IMG/VR virus record: IMGVR_UViG_3300042013_000067
Coordinates: 96,001-160,000 of that record
Direction: 5' to 3' (one strand)
Length of the DNA stretch: 64,000 nt
Source: a virus
Taxonomy: Duplodnaviria; Caudoviricetes
Shown: positions 53,899-61,275 of the stretch, piece after piece
Layout: every line of letters starts with the position of its first letter
Position numbering within the stretch: position 1 is the stretch's first letter
Position numbers and translations under genes: made by a program
Notes under the pieces: generated by a model
Databases searched by the model: none
The model's input: only the letters and a program-made list of their open reading frames with translations
Told to the model about the DNA's origin: nothing

Positions 53899-54408
53899 TT
53901 AGTCGACTCGCTTACCACCTGGGTTAATACCCATCCGGCTGAAGAACGATTCACTGGTTTCTTGAACCACACCGATCTCTTGTTCACCGTCCACGATCTC
54001 ATGCTCACCGAGTTTGGATTCATCCAGCTTCGGCAGGAGTGCACGCGGTACATGGTTAGGGTCTACAGACCCGTCAGCAGAACGCAACGAGAACGGGTTG
54101 TCGTTCTTGAGCATCTTAACAGCTTCCACCATCGCCTGAGCGATTTCAGCACTCGATGCACTGGCGGACTCTTCGATGTTGTTCTTACGGTCATTGATTG
54201 CCGTGGTGTCATGATCTTTGAGCGTGGACAACAAGACCTTGATGTCGTCATTATCCCGCGGTACACCACCACGCATTTTACTGGCTACGATCTTACGTCG
54301 AATACCCTGCGAGTAGGCCAGTGCCTGCTCATAAGACATCTCAGGTTGTTCTTCGATGTAGTCGAATTCACCTGCCTCCAATGTATGCGTCTCTTGTGCG
54401 TCAGACAT
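53899..54408 (-). CDS. Conserved phiKZ-like hypothetical protein
   Basis: Start likely MSDAQ behind AGGAG SD; helical D..VLL..L.D.D..A motif. Confidence 0.7.
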   Translation of the reverse strand: MSDAQETHTLEAGEFDYIEEQPEMSYEQALAYSQGIRRKIVASKMRGGVPRDNDDIKVLLSTLKDHDTTAINDRKNNIEESASASSAEIAQAMVEAVKMLKNDNPFSLRSADGSVDPNHVPRALLPKLDESKLGEHEIVDGEQEIGVVQETSESFFSRMGINPGGKRVD

Positions 54409-54491
54409 GTCTTTGCTCCTGGAAAAGTATACCAGTCTACTAGACTGTATATAACGGAATATTTTAGGCACCTATATCATCGTCATGCATA

Positions 54492-55055
54492 ATGCGCATG
54501 ATACTATCGGAGTTACCCCTAATGTTGTTAGGTTCGTTATTTAAACGCGTAGCGTTGTGGCGTCAAACTCGCACGGTTGAAGCACGCAGGTACCGCATAG
54601 AAGAATTACTGGAGATGGAGATCTCTGACAGCACAATGCCACTAGCGATGGCTACGTTCTGGCGAGACACAGGGCATACTGTGTTTACCTCCATCCCCTT
54701 AAACGAACTGATTTGCTACCCGTTGGTACGCAATCACGTAAACCTAGAGGAGATAGCCAACCTCTTGGACAAATCGCTCAGACTGGTCGCGGAGGACGAC
54801 TACGAGCAAATGGCTAGTTACCTGTCTCGTCGCATGACGGATCGGCATGATAACTCTGTTGCTGCCTACCTCACCGACAAAGACGGGTTTCCCCTTGATA
54901 CCGAGGCGGTATTTACTCGGATCAGTACCTTGCTCTTCAGCATGGCTGCTACCCTTGATGGGTTGGAGTCCTTCGAGTATCACCGTCTGATGAATCCGCT
55001 GTATCGGGAACTCATCGTCGTGGTCACTCGACTGTTAGAACTCAAGCAAAGGTAA
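54492..55055 (+). CDS. Hypothetical protein
   Basis: 187-aa ORF divergent from the preceding gene. Confidence 0.65.
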   Translation: MRMILSELPLMLLGSLFKRVALWRQTRTVEARRYRIEELLEMEISDSTMPLAMATFWRDTGHTVFTSIPLNELICYPLVRNHVNLEEIANLLDKSLRLVAEDDYEQMASYLSRRMTDRHDNSVAAYLTDKDGFPLDTEAVFTRISTLLFSMAATLDGLESFEYHRLMNPLYRELIVVVTRLLELKQR

Positions 55056-55122
55056 CCCAAGGAAGGCGTCGCTTTCCCACATCAATCACCGTAGGTGTAT
55101 GAATGGACAACATCAAACAGTT

Positions 55123-55873
55123 GCTGACGAGTTCCGATAAGGGACGTAGTCGTGCGCAAGGTATCTTGTGCTATATGTTTCGCAACACACTGCTCTGGAA
55201 CAACGTGACGTATCATCGATGGGTCAGAGCCACGAACTTCTACTTTGAGAAGCCACATAACCGCAAGAACCCGGACCGTGGGAATCTCAACAAGGCGTTG
55301 ATTCAGGATGACCTGAGTTGGGCCTCCTTTAAGAAGGGCTTAGACCTACTGAGTCCCTATAAGGCTATCCTCACCATCATACTGACGTGGAAGAGTGGTA
55401 AGACTTCAACCTACAGTGTCACCATTGACTTGGTGGAGGATGAAGACGACATTATCCTGGTGTCTCTCCCACTGCTGCCTGAAACAGACCTCGTTGCCAG
55501 CATGGTTGAACGGCAAAAGAATAAGCCGAAGAACACACTAGCCCGGCTGTATGGGCAGATCCTGCAGGCGGAAAGTGTTGATCACACCCGCTGGCAAGCA
55601 CTACTGGACGAGTACGCCAAGAACCCACTGAATGGCTTTACCGGGACCAAGAAGGAAACGGCCACAACCATCAGTTCCATTCAACGCCAACTGTTTGAAC
55701 CACGTCTGTCGTGGAATAACTTTCGTAAGGGACTGGCTATCCTAGGACCTGTGCAGGAAGACTACATCCTTCGTTTGGAGTGGGCACCAGAAGTAAAGCG
55801 CGTCGAAGACGTCACTGAAACGCACGTTACTATTCGGGACCCTTTCAGCACTGGACGCAACTATGCCAAATAA
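55123..55873 (+). CDS. Hypothetical protein with internal two-domain duplication
   Basis: Two copies of RW......Y...P.N.....L....LSW..F.KGL..L.P....L.L.W; AGG SD before MDNIK. Confidence 0.75.
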
Positions 55874-56273
55874 AAGCAACGCTATCGATATCGGTGAAAA
55901 CGCAAGCCTCGATATCCAGAATGTTCTGGGCTATTATGCCCCGTCGAATCGAACCACTGAGAGTGGGCTGATCTTCAAGACGTACTACGGGCTTCGGCAG
56001 TACTACGTCAGTGGCGGCTTTGATAACCGACTGCTGACATTAGAAGACCCTAAGGAAATTCTGGCTACGAGTCGTGAGCGCAAATGGACGCACGTGGGTG
56101 ATTTACGGATGCGGTTGATGGCTGCGCTGTTACACAACGTTCGGTTGAACCACTCGGTAGTGTCGCATGTCAATCCTGAAGACTGCGTGGAATGGCTACG
56201 GCGTTCGCCTAAGCTTAACACACAGGAACAGGCTTGGCTTGAGATAGTGCGTTCTGTGATGGGCTGTCAATAA
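55863..56273 (+). CDS. Hypothetical protein
   Basis: Overlaps the upstream stop; 136 aa. Confidence 0.65.
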   Translation: MPNKSNAIDIGENASLDIQNVLGYYAPSNRTTESGLIFKTYYGLRQYYVSGGFDNRLLTLEDPKEILATSRERKWTHVGDLRMRLMAALLHNVRLNHSVVSHVNPEDCVEWLRRSPKLNTQEQAWLEIVRSVMGCQ

Positions 56274-56317
56274 CACATGGCCTGCCCTACGGGGCAGGCT
56301 TATGTCAGGAGTGGGAA

Positions 56318-56569
56318 ATGAAAGTACGTCCGCATCGTCGATTGCTGGATGAAGCAATGGCTGAAGTACAAGAGATTGAGCCGACCATGGACGCGTTGCG
56401 TAAATGGGTAGACGCTTCATTCGGTGTCATGCAACCACCCGATCTCTCGAACCTTGAACTGCAACACTATACTTACGACGCCCGTATTGAGTGGGATACG
56501 TGGATCATCACGTTGCCTGGGTTTGGGGTGTTAGGGTTCACCGACGGTCCATTGCAAGCCTCCCCGTAA
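56318..56569 (+). CDS. Small conserved phage protein
   Basis: GGAG SD; Y.YD.RI.WDTW.I...G.GV.GFTDGP motif. Confidence 0.7.
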   Translation: MKVRPHRRLLDEAMAEVQEIEPTMDALRKWVDASFGVMQPPDLSNLELQHYTYDARIEWDTWIITLPGFGVLGFTDGPLQASP

Positions 56570-56625
56570 GGGGAGGTTCGCCATCTTATGAACTCCCTTT
56601 TTCTTTTGTCTAAAACGAGGCTTCT

Positions 56626-57675
56626 ATGGTTAGTATTGCCCGTCCGGTGTTTGAAACTGGACCCAAGGACAAAGTGGCGATGGTGGATGCGTATAACGCA
56701 GTCACGCCAGAAGTCCGTAACGACCTTACCAGTAAACTGACGTCCTTTGGTAGTACGCTGTCGGCTACCTTCGGTGCTGCTGGACGTACCTTCAGTAACA
56801 TCGGTAACCGCATCACCAAAGGCGAGCTCAATGTCGATGATGCCGCCAAACGCATCAAGAGCGCCTTAGGCGGGTCTCGCAGTGATATCGCAGGCCTAGC
56901 CTCTGGAGTGCAGAATAGCATCTACAGCGAGCTTACAGGCACCGTACCGGGCACAGACTATGTCAAAGGCGCGACCGACCTCTACGATAACGTCCAAGTA
57001 GTGACCGGTCAGGCCACTTACCAGATCAATTCCGATCGTCAATCAGTACAATCGATCCTCGGTTTCGTGGCTGACCTCACCGGCAACAGTGTTTTCAAGA
57101 CCCTCGACATGGGCGCTGAGGCGGCGTTGATTGGTGGACTGATGGGTACCGTGTCTAGCTGGGGTGTACCAGCCCTGATGGACAGCCTGATGGAAGGCAA
57201 GGATGAGAACTTCAGGTATTCGGTATATAGCCGTAACTCGGATCAACTCATCGCTACGTCTAACATCGGAATGATGGAGTACTACGTCGACAACGGCATG
57301 GCCAGTGCGTTGACGAACCGTACGCCTGACTATGGTCCCAGCTATCTGGCTCAGTACGCCTTCCCTGTGGGTACCACGCCAGATCAATACCCGACCCTGC
57401 ACGCGCAACTGGTCAAGGTAATGAACGCATTGGACCCTACGTGGTTGGTGACCTATCGCGGTTCAGTGGAAACGGTAAGTGGTGATGATGTAACCATCAA
57501 GACCCCACTCCCGGTCACTAACCTGGCCGTCGTCGCTAAGGCCAGTCAAGACGCCATTAAACTGTTGGTATCTGATGCATCAACCCGTACCGCTGTATTG
57601 GCTGCTCAGAACTTTCCTTCCAAGGATTTGATTCAAATCGCTAAAGAAATGTATCCAATGATCGGTATCGCCTAA
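56626..57675 (+). CDS. Virion structural protein (phiKZ gp174-like)
   Basis: F.TGP.D....VD.Y motif; GAGG SD; convergent with the protease gene as in phiKZ. Confidence 0.6.
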   Translation: MVSIARPVFETGPKDKVAMVDAYNAVTPEVRNDLTSKLTSFGSTLSATFGAAGRTFSNIGNRITKGELNVDDAAKRIKSALGGSRSDIAGLASGVQNSIYSELTGTVPGTDYVKGATDLYDNVQVVTGQATYQINSDRQSVQSILGFVADLTGNSVFKTLDMGAEAALIGGLMGTVSSWGVPALMDSLMEGKDENFRYSVYSRNSDQLIATSNIGMMEYYVDNGMASALTNRTPDYGPSYLAQYAFPVGTTPDQYPTLHAQLVKVMNALDPTWLVTYRGSVETVSGDDVTIKTPLPVTNLAVVAKASQDAIKLLVSDASTRTAVLAAQNFPSKDLIQIAKEMYPMIGIA

Positions 57676-57717
57676 CGGCATAAAACCCCTCCCCTGACCG
57701 GGAGGGGCTTATGTCCG
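57676..57717. terminator. Palindromic intergenic element
   Basis: CGGCATAAAACCCCTCCC CTGACC GGGAGGGGCTTATGTCCG between convergent genes. Confidence 0.75.
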
Positions 57718-57718
57718 C

Positions 57719-58498
57719 TTACCAGCGCATGAAGCCTGGACGACGAGTAGTAGAAGTTTTCGCAACACGCTGCCAGTTGAGCTCTTGGATCAGCTTATCG
57801 TAATCAGCACCATTGTCTTCCAGACCCAAGCCACGGAGCCGCTTCTGTTCGCGGGCCAAACCATGGAGGATTTCTGGAGTAACTTCCATGCTGTTCTCGA
57901 AGTCTTCGAGAGACGGTGCGTTGTGTTTGCATGCGGTGTAGATACCGCCTTCGCCCACGAAGTCATGCGTGACAACTTCACGGGTGTACTTAATGCGTTC
58001 CAGCATGTCGTCGACTGTAATCGACCGCACGGAGAAGTAGGTGTTCATTGCAGGGTTCTTCAGGGACTCTTCGACGTATTTGCCGTAAGGCCCGAACGGT
58101 TTGACCCAAGCGATTACCAGTGTGATTGGGCGACCGTGTTCGTCTTGGCTGGGGACCAGTTCGTAATCACGAATGTGGTGACTCCAGCGATCAGGGTCGA
58201 TACGACGTACCCGAGCCATATAGGCTTGGTCTGACATACCGGGGGTCTGCACGGGATGTTTGTATTCACCGTACAGAGCGCCTTTCTTTGCCTGACGCAT
58301 CAACTGCGAGCCCGGCTGGAACATGGCCAGACCAGACTTGGAGTCGTAGAGAAAACCACCGCTGTTGTAGGCATCGTAGGCACCTACCGGGCAGGGGTAG
58401 TAGCCTTGGGCGTCTGGTTGCAGGACGCCTTGTTTCTGGGTACCGGCGAGCATGGTAGAACCCACGCGCACCGATTGACGCAGAGCAGATTGCAGCAT
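57719..58498 (-). CDS. Prohead serine protease (phiKZ gp175-like)
   Basis: GYY....GA....NS.G..Y, GEYKHP (catalytic His), FSVRS (catalytic Ser), THDFV.E.GI; C-terminal autocleavage-type PSLE/DF site. Confidence 0.88.
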   Translation of the reverse strand: MLQSALRQSVRVGSTMLAGTQKQGVLQPDAQGYYPCPVGAYDAYNSGGFLYDSKSGLAMFQPGSQLMRQAKKGALYGEYKHPVQTPGMSDQAYMARVRRIDPDRWSHHIRDYELVPSQDEHGRPITLVIAWVKPFGPYGKYVEESLKNPAMNTYFSVRSITVDDMLERIKYTREVVTHDFVGEGGIYTACKHNAPSLEDFENSMEVTPEILHGLAREQKRLRGLGLEDNGADYDKLIQELNWQRVAKTSTTRRPGFMRW

Positions 58499-58505
58499 AG
58501 AGACC

Positions 58506-59216
58506 TCAGGTTCTCAGGAGCTCCTCGATACCCTCGACGCGGTCACTAGGGTTCACCAACGCCGAGACAATACTGTCAGCGGTGTAGGCACCAATCAGTT
58601 TCGATGTGGTGTCAGAGGTGTTCCAGATCACGTTCCGGAAAGGAATGCTCACGGGTGGGTTGGTCTCGACATCGCTGTGCTTGTTGTAGATGTGGCGGTA
58701 AAGACGCGTCATGTCTTTTGGATCACGACACGTAGTGGAAATGATGAGGCTAAGGATCGCCCGGTTACCCAAGTAAATCCCTGCAAACTCTTCCGCCGTT
58801 TCGAACATGTTAGCTTTGTCGAAATAATTGAAGTACCAAGGGATGTTACCCTTATCCACGTGTTCACTGTACACGTAGTAAGACAGGGTGTCGTTCTTCA
58901 CAGGCTCGGTACCGGCAATGACTGTGTCACCCGGTTCAAACTGGAAGTTAAAATACGTCACGCCATTGATCACCACCTTCTCAGTGGAAGATGGCACAAT
59001 GCGGAACATCGCAATGGTGCGAACCACACCAAAGCGATTACCCATGAGGATACCGTAGAAACCGAGAATGTGAATCTCGGTCCCTATATTGGCCAAGTGC
59101 ACAGAAGCGTAACGCTCAGGCACGAGAATACGACAAGCAGTATCACTGATGATACTGCCGTCGTTTTGCTCATGGAGGTGTTTCTTGATGAAGTCAGGGT
59201 CTCGGACCATCTGCAT
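58506..59216 (-). CDS. Conserved virion-associated protein (phiKZ gp176-like)
   Basis: Synteny between the protease and gp177/gp178; GAGG SD. Confidence 0.6.
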   Translation of the reverse strand: MQMVRDPDFIKKHLHEQNDGSIISDTACRILVPERYASVHLANIGTEIHILGFYGILMGNRFGVVRTIAMFRIVPSSTEKVVINGVTYFNFQFEPGDTVIAGTEPVKNDTLSYYVYSEHVDKGNIPWYFNYFDKANMFETAEEFAGIYLGNRAILSLIISTTCRDPKDMTRLYRHIYNKHSDVETNPPVSIPFRNVIWNTSDTTSKLIGAYTADSIVSALVNPSDRVEGIEELLRT

Positions 59217-59247
59217 CAGAAAGTACCTCAGGTTGGGAACTTACAGC

Positions 59248-61059
59248 TTATTGCTGCGTTTTGCCTTCTTCGGCTTCGTCAGAGAAGTCTGGTTCCACCG
59301 GGGCTTCGCCCTCGGCTGGCTCTGTGCCTGGGAAGCCCTCGGACTGGCCATCATCTGGCAGCTCGCTGGTCTCAGCACCCGCTGGAGCTAACGCAGGATC
59401 TTCACCGAAGGCAGTAGCGCCGTCGTCAGCTGGGGTGATCGGATTACCGTCAGCATCGATTTCACCGTTGGCTTGCGCCTCGGCTACTTCATCGATTGGC
59501 GCTGGTGGTTGTACGTCGCCCAAGTTGTCCGCCGTTTCCTGATTGGCGGTATCGATCTTCACGTTAGCCGCACCATCGTCTTCCTGCGAGACCGCATTAG
59601 GGTCGACGTCAGGGGTGTACTTGACAGTGGTGATCTGCTCAGCCAGCCAGGTCGCTACCAGTTCAATCACGGCTTCGATAGCCAGCTCACGCCCCGAGGC
59701 ACCCGGATGCACTTTGGCGTAGCGTTCCATGGAACGCATGAAGCCGTAGTACAGTGGTTGGTTCGGGTAGTAGATACGGCACACCAGACCGGCGAACAAC
59801 AGGTACGGTTTGTCGTACGCATCGTCTTCGGCAACACGCAGTTCAGCGTCCAGACGATCAGCTGCCACACCTGCGTCAATAGCAGGCAGACCTTCGACCG
59901 CAGGGGTCGAACTGTTCAAGAACACCGAGACCACGTCTTTACGACGATCGCGCAATGCATTGTCCAGGCACGCTTGACGCAGTACTGGGTAGTACTTGGC
60001 CCAACGATCAGCCAGTTCATCAGCTTGAGCATTGACTTGCGGTACGGTACGCAGGTTTGGTTCGTAAACGGCTACGGCCAAGAGCGCTTCGATTTTACCG
60101 CCAGCGGCCAACCAGCCGTTGTAGATGTCACCGTTAGCCAGTACAGTAACCTGACCGGTACGGATAGCTTCTTTGGCATCAGTCGCCAACACCAGACGTT
60201 GGTTCTTGGTGTCTTGGGCGCGGTAGGTATACGCTTTCAGCAACGCACTGCCCAGCAGCTCATGCAGGTTGCCCAGCGCGAGTTGCCACTGCGGCAGGTC
60301 AACGGACTCACCGGTCACTTCCTGTGGCGCTTCATACAGCGCACCAGTCAGGCAGTAAGCCAGCAACAGTTCATCGACCTGGATTGGCCAGTTGTTGGCG
60401 TGCATCCAGGTCGCGGTGGTGAAGTCGAACACCCGCGATTGACCGTAGAGTTTGTTCCAGACTGCATTGATGCGATCTGCGCCCATTTCCAGCAGCCATT
60501 CCACTACTTGCTGTTGCTCCAAGTGTGGGTTGTTCTCGGCCACGAGGCTAACGATGGCTTCAGGCGACATGGCGCCCAACAGGAAAGTACGGTATTGCTG
60601 TTGTGCTTGGACGTCGGTGTACTTGCTCGACACGTGGTTCAGCAGAGACGAAGCACTGTGGACTTCGTGATACTTGAACACGTTAACCGAAACGTTTGGC
60701 TGCACCGAGCTCGACTGTTTGGAGACGAACTGGTTTACCAGACTGTCAATAGTCGGTACGATGACGTTACGCGAGTTGTAGACCATGGCCTGGACGGCAC
60801 GGGTCAGTTGTTCGGTTTGGTCATCTACAGTCGCGGCATCGGCGCCGACGACTACTTCGTTGGCCTCAGAGAACTGATCCTCGGATTCCATGGCCACACG
60901 TTCGCTGAAAGCGAGCAGGGATGGTTTAACGTTGGATTGGTACGCGTTGGCAACTTGGGTAACCGGTGCAAACATCGACTTGAAGGCGACCAGACGGCCG
61001 CCCTCAGTCAGTGTCCGCGCTGCCGGGGAGATGCTTTTAACGGAAGCGGCGATGGACAT
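59248..61059 (-). CDS. Head-associated protein (phiKZ gp177-like) with acidic C-terminal tail
   Basis: 603 aa, GGGAG SD, VAME/SE processing-type site; synteny. Confidence 0.6.
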   Translation of the reverse strand: MSIAASVKSISPAARTLTEGGRLVAFKSMFAPVTQVANAYQSNVKPSLLAFSERVAMESEDQFSEANEVVVGADAATVDDQTEQLTRAVQAMVYNSRNVIVPTIDSLVNQFVSKQSSSVQPNVSVNVFKYHEVHSASSLLNHVSSKYTDVQAQQQYRTFLLGAMSPEAIVSLVAENNPHLEQQQVVEWLLEMGADRINAVWNKLYGQSRVFDFTTATWMHANNWPIQVDELLLAYCLTGALYEAPQEVTGESVDLPQWQLALGNLHELLGSALLKAYTYRAQDTKNQRLVLATDAKEAIRTGQVTVLANGDIYNGWLAAGGKIEALLAVAVYEPNLRTVPQVNAQADELADRWAKYYPVLRQACLDNALRDRRKDVVSVFLNSSTPAVEGLPAIDAGVAADRLDAELRVAEDDAYDKPYLLFAGLVCRIYYPNQPLYYGFMRSMERYAKVHPGASGRELAIEAVIELVATWLAEQITTVKYTPDVDPNAVSQEDDGAANVKIDTANQETADNLGDVQPPAPIDEVAEAQANGEIDADGNPITPADDGATAFGEDPALAPAGAETSELPDDGQSEGFPGTEPAEGEAPVEPDFSDEAEEGKTQQ

Positions 61060-61071
61060 GTAAGAACTCCC

Positions 61072-61275
61072 TTAGATGCCGAGTTTCTTGGCCAGACGGG
61101 CGGTCAGTGCTTCGCGGATATCAGAATCCTCGAAGAGCTTACCATTCAGGGTTGCGGAGACCTCCTCGGTACCTAGGCAGTTCCGAATCACTTCGGTGCC
61201 CAGCTCCACGGCGGCTGCTAGCGCTTGGGTGTTGTGCGCATGTGCCACGTTAGGGCTAATGTTTTGCTCTTGCAT
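61072..61275 (-). CDS. Small hypothetical protein
   Basis: 67 aa, GAGGA SD, overlaps the end of the RNAP gene. Confidence 0.6.
   Translation of the reverse strand: MQEQNISPNVAHAHNTQALAAAVELGTEVIRNCLGTEEVSATLNGKLFEDSDIREALTARLAKKLGI

Noticed and set aside
2929-57717. Repeated palindromes as a CRISPR array or MITE family
   Set aside because: Copies are dispersed singly, with no spacer periodicity, cas genes, target-site duplications or transposase.
59473-61176. 567-aa plus-strand ORF and many other long antisense ORFs (e.g. 27018..28181, 47973..48959, 34091..34843, 47384..48181)
   Set aside because: They lie opposite well-supported genes and lack SD sites and motifs. They are best explained as shadow frames from strong codon bias.
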